Shown here piece by piece: positions 1 to 25,080 of a stretch of DNA of 64,000 nucleotides. A model generated the notes under the pieces. It did not search any database, was not told where the DNA came from, and worked only from the letters and a program-made list of their open reading frames with translations. The first letter of the stretch is position 1; each line of letters starts with the position of its first letter. The translations under genes were made by a program, and so were the position numbers. The stretch is from assembly GCA_963693365.1 (NCBI GenBank), contig CAVNZM010000015.1, positions 5,526,624 to 5,590,623 of the forward strand. Reading direction: 5' to 3'. The DNA is from Amoebidium appalachense. Lineage: Eukaryota > Protista > Ichthyosporea.

Positions 1-1180
1 TACTTTTTCGAAGAACACTTCCTTTCGATTGACCGGTCTTCCTATTCCTGTTCAGAGCACCTATGACTATTTGGGTATTCCTTTTACTGCACGGGGTATT
101 GATTTCCGCAAGCTCCTCACGGCACGGATCGTGCGAAGGGTAAGCTTCACATCGTGTCAAATATGTTTCAACAGGAGTCTGTGATCCATCCTGCGAACCT
201 TCTTCTCTACTATAAAACTTTTTTACGGCCGACTTTCGAATATGGACTTCCGCTATTGGCCTGCGCCCCACCTCGCGAGGCGGCAATGGCGCTGAACGAG
301 TTCGACGATTTTCAGGGTACTGCGCTGCGCACTTTGTTTCGTACTCGGAAAGTTTGTGCCTCCCTTAATCAGTATGTTTGGATTGTCGTCTGCTGTTTGT
401 CGTATGGAGGAATTGTCTCGTCGTTTTTGTTTTCATTTAGTTAGGCTACCTGATGGTCACCCTCTTTATGCTTTCTTTCCCCCCCCCCCTCCATCCCTCT
501 TCCCCCCCAATTCACCAACGCTACTTTTGAATGTCCTCAGCCTACCCTCTTTCCACCTGATTCTTCCTCTCGCTATCTCACTCCCTCTTTCTTTTCTCTT
601 CCTGTTTTTTCTGCCTTTTCGCGTTATTACCATACGCAGTATAAGTTTCTTTCTCGTTCTGATAGAGAAATCAAAGGTAAAACTCAGTCGGCATGTGTTA
701 TGTTCCTTAGGCAACACCGTACTGATCATTATCCCTTTTTGGGAGCTTTGGCAGGATACATTTCTCCTGCTGTACGTATGGATACCGGCACCCTAGTAGA
801 TAAGTCTGTATGGTGCTCTGATGTTGATATTGCCTGGGAAGTTGTGCAGTGGCGCTGTAATTCTTGTTTTCATCGCCGCTGGTGCCACTTTTGTGCTGAC
901 CTTTTTAATCGCAAGCATGTTGATAGGTGTGAATTTTTATGTCGCGTTTTACCTCTTTCCCTACGGGTATCTGCTACACTAGCTGGCAATGTGAACACTT
1001 TAGACTTTTTGTTGAATTCTGTTGGTCGTCACATTGAGTATTTATATGATTTTCACACAGTGTTCAGGTATCTCAGTATGCACTTGTTACTGGATAACTC
1101 GTGAAGTTTTTATTGTCTTCTCAGTATGCCGTGCATACTTGCACATCTTTCCGTCGAATAAATCCAGTCAAAATAAAAAT
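1..1180 (+). mobile_element. Degenerate non-LTR retrotransposon (LINE-like): RT C-terminus and 3' end, cut by the window edge
   Basis: Translates to YDYLGIPF (RT YxYLG motif, ~60-87), then YKTFLRPTFEYGL (post-RT motif), then a Cys/His cluster WRC..CHFC..FNRKHVDRC (700-1104). Frames are broken. A-rich tail at ~1157-1180. Confidence 0.75.
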
Positions 1181-1685
1181 ATTTGTACTGCGCCCTATGA
1201 GCCATTTCTATTAGACCACTGCAAGGGGGAGTGGCTCAATCGCCAGTGCCCGGTGATCAACGTTACCGTCAGGTGGTACCGTGGGGAAGTCGACTGAACC
1301 AACTATCAAGTATATACAAACCAACATTTATTACTCCAATACCGGTATTTTCTACAAAATTGATATTGTAGACAATCTTGGTTACTTAATTTGCATCAAA
1401 GTTTGGTCTTTTCTTCTTCGACATCATTGTGAAAGCAGTCATACACCATATATGGTGAGAAGATAATCCAATCAATGCTTATACTAGGTACATAGTCGCA
1501 TGACCTTTTCCAGTGTATTATTTTTGTAACATTGTTACAAACTACTGCCGGTTTAAAACATAATCAGTCAAGCGATCGCCGAGCAATAAATCCGAATCAA
1601 CCCTTCCCAATGAAATCCATTTTCTGTAAATTGATCCGATAAAGATAAGTGAAGCCCAATCAAACCGAAGCAGATCGGCTGTGAC

Positions 1686-1720
1686 CAAGGCCTCCTAAAT
1701 GTGCTATTTAGGAGGCCTTG
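1686..1720. mobile_element. 35-bp palindromic insertion with 15-bp TIRs and 8-bp TSD (hAT-like minimal element)
   Basis: CAAGGCCTCCTAAAT-gtgct-ATTTAGGAGGCCTTG, flanked by GCTGTGAC at 1678-1685 and 1721-1728. Confidence 0.6.
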
Positions 1721-1766
1721 GCTGTGACGCAGTTCTGACGACAAAGTTCCGGGTGGTGTCCCTTTT

Positions 1767-1801
<35 letters not shown>

Positions 1802-1960
1802 AAGGAGACACCGCCTCTGTAGGTGGTAGAGAATTAATATCAATTTATGTATATTTTATTCCTCGGAAAGATCTTACAGAATTTGAGAACGAACGAACGG
1901 CACATGATAATGTCGTCTGACATCAGAGTTGACTGACATGCAGTTTCACAGATTTCAGAC

Positions 1961-2442
1961 ATGGCCAGCCCTTCTGCAAGTACTTTCCAAGTTATGCTGG
2001 AAAGCTTCAAGAAAAGTACTCCGGTCGTTGGAACATGGGTAGGAATTGCTGCAGCAATTGTCGCATGCACCATCTACGTGGAGCACGGCAGGGGTGAGGT
2101 GGCCCGGCTGCGAGCGGAATGGAGCTGAAGGAGAAGCTGAAGGAGAAGCAGGAGGAAGAGAGGGAGGCCCGGCTGCGAAGCGAAATGGAGCTGAAGGAGA
2201 AGCTGAAGGAAGAGAGGGAGAAGCTGAAAGAGAAGCAGGAGGAAGAAAGGGAGAAGCTGAAAGCGAAACTGCATGAGAGGGACATGCAGCTCCAGGCTAA
2301 GGAGATTGAGACATCACGTGCAAGGTCCCTGGTGGACACGTGGGACGCCCTTGTGCGCACCGGGCTGTCGGCTGACTACCCGTTCAAGAAAAACGCCACA
2401 GACCAAGCATCACAGTTGCCCAGTGTGCAAACAACTAAATGA
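1961..2442 (+). CDS. Putative single-TM plus coiled-coil protein with a 1-nt frameshift at ~2113-2118 (pseudogene or sequencing error)
   Basis: ATG 1961 frame reads MASPSASTFQVMLESFKKSTPVVGTWVGIAAAIVACTIYVEHGRGEVARLR and joins ORF 2119-2442 (E/K-rich repeats) if one base is restored. The second internal repeat copy (gcccggctgcgaagcgaaatggagctg) shows the intact length. Confidence 0.5.
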
Positions 2443-3011
2443 TTGAGGTATTGAGGTATTGAGGGGTTGAGGAGTTGTACGTGCATTTCTGCTGTATTTA
2501 CCATACATGGTGCTAAGTGCTTGTATAGCCGTTAGGAATCATTATGAGCTCACCACCATTTATTCATGTATTGACCAGTCATCGAAATTCCCTGTCCCCA
2601 TGTGGTTCACAGCAAATGTGTGCACTTGCGTCACGCAGACTGTCTGTTCAATAGAAGCGACCTTGCCCACTTCCCCAGTACTGGTGGGCACTGAGGCTTT
2701 TGGGGATATCTCGTACTCGACATTAAAATTATTCATGCTCGATATGACCATTTGTGCCGGGGATCTGAGCTGACATTCATACGCCATTATGACCATATAT
2801 GGTACGCACTGATACACACCACCATCATGATTTATGGTTATATTTCATTCTGATATTCATACTTATTAGCCAATATCACCAGCAAAAACGAACATCACCA
2901 CTAGAGTTTTTCTCGTTAGATCCGATTTACATACATATAAGGTCATTCATGCCCTCCAGGCTATTTAGGGTAATCCACGCCACCACTTCCAAATATGGTA
3001 AGCATGGCATC

Positions 3012-9618
<6,607 letters not shown>

Positions 9619-10132
9619 GGTGCTCTGGATGATGCCCCGACCGGTTTGTAACAGTGAAGGTAACTAATAGTACATCTGGCAGCGGGCGATGTTGCATGCG
9701 CACAAGCCTGAAGATGTGAGAATGAAGGCCCTAGTTAGCTTTAAGCGCGTAAATCTCCTATGCAGCTATTAGAAATAAAATACTCTCTCTCTCTCTCTCT
9801 CTCTCCCCCCCCTCACCCTCCCCCTCCCCCTCCCCCTCCCCCCCCCCTCCCCCTCCCCCTCCCCCTCCCCCTCCCCCCCTCCCCCTCCCCCTCCCCCCTC
9901 CCCCCCTCCCCCCTCCCCCCCTCCCCCCTCCCCCCTCCCCCTCCCCCTCTCCCTCCCCCTCTCCCTCTCCCTCTCCCTCTCCCTCCCCCTCTCCCTCTCC
10001 CTCTCTTCACTGAGACAAAAACAACTTCGAACTCTTGGGCCGCTCCTCTCCTCGTCCGCAGGCCCAGGCCCGGGAGGAATAGATCTATTTGCCATCAATG
10101 CTTTATCTTATGTTTTAACCAGATTGGTAAAC

Positions 10133-16350
<6,218 letters not shown>

Positions 16351-16361
16351 TGTGTTTGTGT

Positions 16362-16795
16362 GTGCACCTTTTCTTTTGCCGGACCCTTCCGGATCATCCC
16401 CCCCCCCCCCCCTCTGTGTTAGCCAGGGAAGTATCGACTTAGGTAGCGACGGGGGAGCTTCCTAGAACCCCCGTCTCCTGAGTTCCTATCTATATTTTTC
16501 TTGCTTCTCCTTACTGCTGCAACTTTAACCCCCGGCCTTTCCCACTGCCCTTGCCTGCATAAGCAACCCTGCTCGTCTCTGATCAAGACGGGTGACCTAC
16601 CCATGTTCAAGTGAAACAGTATCTGAGTCGGGTTTCGTTAACGAGGTGAATAGGTCGAAACTCGGGTACTGTGGATGACGTGGGGCCCCCCCTGAGGATG
16701 GGCTCTGCTTATTATGCATACTCTTTATGTATGGCTTGCATTCTGCATCGTGTTATCCGTTTGTTCTTGTGTACTTCGTACTTTTTGACGCATTC

Positions 16796-16800
<5 letters not shown>
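16362..16800 (+). mobile_element. Group IIA intron-like domain I fragment immediately after the stop codon at 16350
   Basis: Nested helices 16417-25/16732-40, 16437-43/16477-83, 16448-55/16468-75 (TAGC internal loop), 16556-64/16707-18, 16600-09/16676-84 and 16616-28/16660-72. Alpha/alpha'-like pairing TCGAC(TTA) 16434 with (TAG)GTCGA 16651-58. GTGCACC at 16362 resembles the GTGCGCC 5' end. Confidence 0.7.
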
Positions 16801-16834
<34 letters not shown>

Positions 16835-17216
16835 CCCCTCCTCCCCTCCGCCCCTGTAAGTCCGTGCCGCCCCATTTTTAGGGGGAGACATTTGGCACCT
16901 TGTTTTTTTTTTTTTTTTTTTTTTTTTTTATACCTGGGAAGGACAATGTATGAACCTGCGTGCCATCATGAAAGTATCCATCACTGCCCTCGCTCGAATT
17001 TTCTGCTAGCAGGGTGATGTCGTTTGTCGTTCCAAGTATTTTTTTATTTCTTCTTCTTTTTTTTTTTTTTTTTTTTTGGTGGGGGGGGGGGGGGGGGGGG
17101 GGGGGATGCACGAATAGGTTCTAGCTCAAACTGAGTCATTACACGGGATACCCCCCTCCCCCCCCCCCCCCCCCCCCTGCCTGCCCGTCAAGTTGAACTC
17201 ACACACACACATACAC

Positions 17217-17265
<49 letters not shown>

Positions 17266-17477
17266 ACCCCACACGCACTCGAGTCGTGGCCTAGGGTGCG
17301 ACTCTGTATTGAATTGAATAATATTATTTTTATTATCCCAGTTAGTTATCCCAGTTACTAGGGCGGTCTACGTACTAGATTGATGAATGAATGAATGTCA
17401 TGACATTATCGGATAGGCCAAGTTGATCGTTCAACATTATATTGAAACTTCAGTAAGCAGGCCGTCTACGTGATGGC

Positions 17478-17715
17478 GTGGTTGAATGGGTGGATGGGTG
17501 GATGGGTAGATAGGTGGGTAGGTGGTTGAATGGGTGGATGGGTGGATGGGTAGATAGGTGGGTAAGTGGGTGGTTGAATGGGTGGATGGGTGGATGGGTG
17601 GATAGGTGGGTAAGTGGGTGGTTGAATGGGTGGATGGGTGGATGGGTGGATGGGTGGGTAAGTGGGTGGTTGAATGGGTGGATGGGTGGATGGGTGGGTA
17701 GGTGGGTAGGTGGGT
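17478..17715. repeat. G-rich minisatellite (GGTTGAATGGGTGGATGGGTGGATGGGT... units, ~48 bp, ~5 copies)
   Basis: Directly visible. Confidence 0.9.
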
Positions 17716-18005
17716 GTGTTGTTATTTGAATTATTCGGCAGATGGCTGGGCGGGTAGGTGGGCGGGTGGGTGAGACATTGCTGGAATCAAGGTTTCAGGA
17801 TGGATAGAGAAAGGCCCCCCTTCAAGAGAAAGGGGCCGGGGGAGAGGGGGGGGGGGGGGGGGGAGAGGGGGGAAGAGTAAACAAGCGGAGGGGGGGAAGT
17901 GGGTATCTGTGAGGGGATTGCTCTGTTCGTTGAGGTGGAAGGTGGGGAGGTTCAAAGACTATAAGGCACGTATGTGGGGGGGTGGTTGGAGTGGGGGTGG
18001 GGGAA

Positions 18006-18041
<36 letters not shown>

Positions 18042-18153
18042 GGGTACAACAAACAAAAGGTCAAAAGTGCAAAGGTAACGGGACAAACGGACCGGATTGT
18101 TTGCCTTTATCAGTTCTCTTGCCGCGTATCATACATACGAGACACTCCGGACG

Positions 18154-18200
<47 letters not shown>

Positions 18201-18488
18201 CGTTAGGTGTGGGTGTGTGGGGGGAGGGGAAGGGGACGGGGGGGGGAGGATCTTTGGTCGAGTTTTAGGGTTAGTCAGACAAAACACACGGAGACACACC
18301 ACGTGCACAGAGCTTAACATACGTCATGAGTGCAAAGGATGATTCTAGCACGCAGGATGATTGGAACTTGATGGTAAAGGGACGAGGCATAGGGGCGAGG
18401 TTTTGGGAAGACATCCCCCTCCCCCCCCACTCCCCCCCCCCTCCCCCTCTCCCCCCCCGCCCGCCCCCGGACCTGGGGACCAAGCCCG

Positions 18489-18548
<60 letters not shown>

Positions 18549-19034
18549 CCCCCCCAGGGCCTCTCTTCCCCCCTCCCCCCCCTGGCCCGCCTCCCGGACC
18601 CCCCTCCCCTCCCTTCCCCCCCCCCCCCCCCTCCCTCCCCTCCCCCCCCTCCCCCCCAACACACACACGCCTTGTTGATATCAGTTGCCCCCCCTCTCCC
18701 CTCCCCCACGGTGTCATATGCACTCATTTATCTCCGTTGCTCACATTCCCCAGCAAATTGGTGGAAAAAGGATCGAAAAATACAAACTAACGGCAGTCTA
18801 TTGGTGGTGGTGCTAATGATATGTTTATTGTGATGGTATCTTAGTGTTTCAATGGTTTCTTTGCTTGTTTTCTTTCTTCCCTTTTTTTTTTTTACCTTTT
18901 ACTTTTTGTTTGGGGGGTATTGTGTTTCTTCTTTTGTATGTTTGGATAGGGAGGGGGTGCCGTGTGTGGGGAAGGTACTGTGGAGTTGATTCTCATTACC
19001 AGAAAGCTCTGCTTTCATTTCTCAATTCCAATTC

Positions 19035-19085
<51 letters not shown>

Positions 19086-19277
19086 CCCCCCCCCCCCCCC
19101 CCCCTCTCCCCCGGGTGGGGCGCCCCAGCACACCCACACCCGCACTAATACCTTCCTGTAACTTGCTGCATGATGTTGGGACGCATACGTCGACTTCATA
19201 ACATGAAAATGAAAGAAAGAGACGAATTTGATGTATTTTTTGTCAGCTGCAATAAGCAAAATCATACGGAATTACAT

Positions 19278-19309
<32 letters not shown>

Positions 19310-20137
19310 CATAGCCTTGATTTGATACATGCCATTTACTTAACAAGTAATAAAAGTCGAATCGAATTAGCTTATAACCTTAAAATAGTTCACCTTGTTA
19401 AAAAAGACCGTCTATGGAGCAAGTAAGATGGGGGAAACGTTTAATACGATCAATCGAATCACTACTTTGCTTTACTCTGACAGAAATCGATGTGTGAGAA
19501 TGTGCCAATCACAATCTTGATCAGGCAGTCTCAGGTAGGATAGTAAAAAATCTGGGTATTAAAACACTCCTATAATTGCACTGTTATAGTAGTCGAAAAT
19601 CATGAGAAACATTTGGCCCGCATATCCCAGCCATGCCTAGCATGATGGCGGATATATAATTCCCTAACACCACTTTATGTCGTCACGTGAAAAGTGCACC
19701 CTAATCCTAACACAGGCGGAATCACTTAGGAAAATAAACACCAGGAAAGAAGGAGGGAAGGGGGAGGCGGGAAGAGGGGGAGGGATCCGCCGGGGGGGGG
19801 GGAGGGGGGGGGGGGGGGGGTGGTTCGAGGGGGAAAGGGAAGGAGGGGAAGGGGTGGGGGGTGGGGGGGTGGAGGGGGGAAGGGGGTGGTGGTGGTGGGG
19901 GAAGGGGGGGGGGGGGGGGGGGGGGGGAGGGGCTAAATAAGGCGAAGGCAATTTGTTTACGTACATCACACCATGGTGAAATTTTTTTCTGTTTAGACAA
20001 TTGAGAGGAGAGGAGACATCCCAAAAAATCTATCGTGGCACAACCCACCGTATCCGACATTGGGGAGAGGTCGAATATCCCCATGTGATAGGGGCATATG
20101 GGAAGGGGGCAGGGAGGAGGGGTGTGTGTACGTACGT

Positions 20138-20186
<49 letters not shown>

Positions 20187-20286
20187 GGTAGGTGTGTGGG
20201 GAAGGAGAGGGGGGACGAAGGAAGAGGGGGTGCGGGAGAATGAGTGAGTGGAAGGGGGAGAAGGGTGTGTGCATGTGTGTGTGTGT

Positions 20287-20393
<107 letters not shown>

Positions 20394-20501
20394 TTTGTTT
20401 GTGCGTGTCTGTATCTTGGGCAGGGGAGGGGGGTTGTCTCGTGCCAACGGGAGTGCAAGAATCGGAGCAAACCGGTTGGTAAGAAGGCTCTAAGAGTGGG
20501 T

Positions 20502-20537
<36 letters not shown>

Positions 20538-22959
20538 ATGAAGCAGGTTGATAACTAAACATGTCCTACATTAAGGTGGCCGGAGGTGGTGCTGTAGGCT
20601 AGGTTTTCTGACGCAGACAGAAAGCTGGTAGACTCAAATGTTGCTGTCATCTTGGCCTGGAGGGTGCACTACCCAGCCCAGACGGGTGGGCCCCCCGGGG
20701 GGGGGGGGAGGGGGGTATACTGTTACTGCCAGTGATGAAATTTGCTCCAAAAAACTGTGTGCATCTATGATGGAAGAGGTGGCTATGCCCGTGTATGCCT
20801 GTGGAGCTTCAAGTTTGGAAGGGGGGAGGTCGGCGGGCCAGCAGAAGGGGAGGGAGGCAGCCCCCCTCCCTCCTTCCCCACCCCACCCCTCCCCCTCCCT
20901 CGACAAAGCTGAGCATTTCCCTTATTATAGCGCTATATCGTTCCATATTTGGTCAGGCCAACGTTATCCTGGTGTGTGTGCTCATCTGTGGGTTACACTG
21001 CCGGTATGTGTAGTGTGTTGTGTGTCTTCATGTAAACCTGGGCTATGGCCGCACGGGCCAGGGCCAGGTGTGTGTGCGTGTGGGGGGGGGGGGGGGGGGG
21101 GGGGGGGGGAGGGGGGGGGAGGGGAGGGGAGGGGGAGGGGCGGAGGGGGAGGGAGGGGGGGGGGGGGGGAGGGTGCGTGTTCTTGCTGATGCCAATGTTA
21201 TGTAGTGCTAATGCCAGTTGTTTCCTAGAGTTGCCGATTTCAAAAGTTCTCTAGCGATGACATCGACTCCAAAACACTAACATTCTTCGGTCGAATACGA
21301 TCGTGCAAAAAACGGCAAGTCAAGGGTGGGGGCAGGGTGGGGCAAACGGATGTAAGAACGAGTGAGCAACAAGTAAACCTCAACGTGAGGGACCCCATGG
21401 GGCATGAAGACGAGGGGGGGAGGGGGGGGGGAGGGGGAGGAAGACATGCATAATATATAGCTCGACAGATTCTGATAAAAGATGATAGGCTTCACTTTCG
21501 TATCAAGTGTAGATACCGCTGCATGAGGGCGCCAAATACTCGCATATTACTTATCACTAATCTGATGTACAGTCTTGGCAGGGGAAGGGTAGCCCTCCCC
21601 CCTCCCCCCCCTACACACACACCACCACACACACATACGATGCTTCCTTCCCCCCCCCCCCCCCCCTGCTCTCCTCCTCCACTTCCTTATCCCCTTACCC
21701 CCCCCCCCCCTCCCCCCCTCCCCCCCCCCCCCTCCCCCCCCGGCCCCCCACCCTCCCCCTACCTAGCCCTCCCTCCCCCCCAAATCCCAAAAGATTACCC
21801 CCTCCCCCCCCCTCCTCCCTCCAGCTCACTCCCCCCTTCACCCCCTCTCCCCCCCCCCTTCCCTTGCTCCCTCCCTGTGCTCGGATAACCCTCCTTTTGC
21901 CGTATCAAAACCAGGAGCATTTACAATCAAGTAATGCCTGGCTACGCGTTGCTATCATTAGGGAAGAGAGCAAGCACGAGAGAAGAGGGGGATGGTGGGG
22001 TGGGGGGGGGAGGCGCGGGGGGGAGGGGGGGGAGAGCGAGAGAGAGGGAGAGAGGGGGGGGGGGGGAGGGAGAGGGGGGGGGGGAGGGAGGCGGGGAGGA
22101 GGGGGGGGGGGGGGAGGAAGAAAAAAGGGGGGAGAACGATGGGGGGGGGGGGGGAGAGAGGGAAAGAGAGGGGGGAGGGAGGGAGGGAGAGAGAGAGAGA
22201 GAGAGAGCTCTGAGAGAGAAATAGGCAAACAGGAGAGGGGGAGGAGGGGAGGGAGAGAGAGAGAAGAGGGGGAGAGAGAGAGAGTGTGTGTGTGTGTTTG
22301 TGTGTCAGTGTTTGTGTGTACGTGTGCGTGTGTGTGTGCTTGTGTGTTTGCGTGCATATTTGTGCATGTCCGTGCAAACGCGGGCGTGTGTGTGTCTTTT
22401 TGAGGGGGAGGGGGGATTTCTAGAGGTGCCACGATTAAATCTAACCGACACAGCTATCTGGAAAAAAAAGAAAGAAAGACCTTCGTTTTATGGTATTAGC
22501 ACGGACTGAAAATAAGGCAGACGAAGAGACACAGAGGAGAGTGAAGGGCAAAAAAAGGAGAGAGAGAGAGAGAGGCGAGTGCAAACCAGGGAACATAGAT
22601 GCACCGAAATGAGAGAGGGGAACTTTAAAGGTCACCCCCTGAAAGCCCGCACACGTACTGCAGACCGAGTATATACTATACGGGTATTTAATCAGTAAAC
22701 ATGCCCACACGCACCCATGTTTTCGATAGATCTCTCGGCATGGTGCATGTGATGGTGGCCACGGTGAAAAACATGGCCATGGGCACATAGATGGGGCACA
22801 TACATGGGATGGCATGCTGTAGTTACGGCGTGGCTCATCAAAACCGAGTTACAACCAAGCATACTCGAGAATTATTCCATGCGCACACACTGAGAATAAA
22901 TCCATGAAGTCTTCATATACGTAGCTCAGGGCTAAAATAGTCAAAAAGAGAGGTGGTTT

Positions 22960-23363
22960 TTTGACGTTTGTTTACTTTCAGTGCTGACGTAATCCGTCCC
23001 AAAAATCCCGAATTCTAAGATGCGATCTCATTCGCGAACAGGCAGAGCGCGGCAAACATCCTGATTCTGAGCCGTCATTCATTGACTACTCTATTTCAGG
23101 CGGGACAAGTTCATAAAAGATGCCAACGGTAGATTGTTCCCCTATAAAACTATAGGAACTATAAAGCACTACAAATTTTTTTCTTGTTTATTTTTATTTT
23201 GGTATTATTTCCTACGTAGAAAAAGTCAACAGCAACGGTTTCGGTGACGTTGAGCCAAGCGAGCCAAAAATAATTTGGTGTTCCTAGCCAGGCAATTTTT
23301 GATTGGCTGCTGAGCAAGAACGGCAGTTATATAAAACAGGCAACAAACACATTCAGGCTCAGT
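22960..23363 (+). promoter_or_regulatory. Core promoter of the p62-like gene
   Basis: TGACGT CRE-like sites (~22962, ~22985, ~23245), ATTGG (CCAAT box) 23302, TATATAAAA 23328-23336, Inr-like TCAGT 23359 about 30 nt after TATA. Confidence 0.65.
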
Positions 23364-23601
23364 CCGGCCCATTCTCCTTCTTTAAACCTACGCAGCCTAC
23401 CTGTGCAGGAAAGAAGTATTGCTTGCCTAACTAAGAATTCTCTTTACTGACACCGTAAACACACCCTTCACGCAAAAAATATCACACCTGCACTAATTTT
23501 TGCCACACACTTCAGAGGCATACTCTCTCGTCGCCACGATTTGAATCAATTAGCAAAAAAACACCCACCCAAAAACGACAGCGATTTTCTACGCCAAGAC
23601 T

Positions 23602-24897
23602 ATGGCGACACCCATCAAGCTGCACGTGCACGGTGAGGTTCACCACCTACGTGCCACGTGTTTCAACGACATCGTCACAAAGGCACGTGAGCTCCATGGG
23701 AACGGCAGCGCCATTACCCTCAAGTATGTCGACATCGACGGGGACCACGTGACCATCGAATCCGATGGAGAATTCTCTGAGGCAATCAGCCAACTGTCGT
23801 CTGGTGACGTGTTGCGTGTGCACGTGCAAGGCGCACGCCCCGACACGCCCAACCCCTACAGCACACGCACACAGGAAGGTGCTTTGGGTGAGAATTGGGC
23901 CCCCATTGCACAGGAGATACAACGTGTGGAGGAGAGGGAGAAGGGGATGGAATGCCGAGGCCTAGGGGAGGCTGTTCCCGTGGGCGAGCCTGAGAATCAG
24001 AAGGTGAGGCAGCAGCCTAAGAGTGACGCCATGAATGAAAATGAAGCGCCACGTGGTGCAGAGGAGAGTGTGCACGTGCACGTCACGTGCGACGGGTGTG
24101 GAGCCAGCCCCGTTGCCGGTGTACGCTACAAGTGTAGTGCTTGCCCCAACTTCGACCTGTGTGCCCCCTGTGAGGCCACGGGCACACACGACCCCACGCA
24201 CGTGCTCATCAAGATTCGCCACCCTCTGCCCCCCGGCCACCTCCCCCGCCACGTGCGCTTTGCTCCCTGGGCTGGCCCGTGGGGCCACCACCACCCCCGT
24301 CACCCCCACCACGGGCAAGAACACGTGCACGAGCACATGCATGGCAACGGTTCCCATGGCAACCGCGGGCGGTGTGGCATGATGCGTGGGTGTGGCCCAC
24401 GTGGTCCCCACATGCATTCACGTGGTCCCTGTGGCCCCATGCCACCCCCACCGCCTCCTCCCTGCCCCCCACCCCCAATGGCGTGGGGCTTCCCACCCCA
24501 TTTTGGATTTCCCCCACATTTTGGGGGATTTGAGATGCCGCCATCCTTCTTCAACCCCACGTTCATGTGGGGGGGGTCTGATGCTGCAGAGGAGACAGAA
24601 AGCGACGGGGAGCTGACCGGTGGGTTTCCCTCCATAGAGTTCTAGTGACTATTTGTTTGAACACGTGGAACACGAGTTTTAGTGTTTGAGGATGTGTTTT
24701 AACCGGTTTAGAACATCCTCGGCTACATTAATTGGGCTCTAAATTTAAATTCTTTCAAAGTTTCAAATTTCGGCAACAGGCAAAGTTGAGTAACTGTGCT
24801 TTGTTCTTACCTCCCCCCCCCCCCCCCCCCCCTCTCCCTCCATTTGGATATACATTCTTCGCTGCGCCATCTTCTATGTTTGCTCATTCCAACCCCC

Positions 24898-24933
<36 letters not shown>

Positions 24934-25080
24934 ACAAAAAAAACAGATGCTGCCGTGAGTGATCTCGAGACCCAACTACGGGACATGGGGTTCAGCAACG
25001 ACCGCGCCAATCTGCGGGCCATCTTCCGGCACAGAGGGGACATGCAGGCCATCGTGGCTGACCTGGTGGCTGCAGCCTAA
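23602..25080 (+). CDS. SQSTM1: p62/SQSTM1 (NBR1-family) selective autophagy receptor: PB1 - ZZ zinc finger - His/Pro-rich linker - UBA; 383 aa
   Basis: Exon 1 23602-24619: PB1 OPCA motif LKYVDIDGDHVTIESDGEF and ZZ HVTCDGC..GVRYKCSACPNFDLCAPCE..H..H. Exon 2 24947-25080: UBA QLRDMGFSNDRANLRAI...GDMQAIV. Phase-1 GT-AG intron. Confidence 0.9.
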
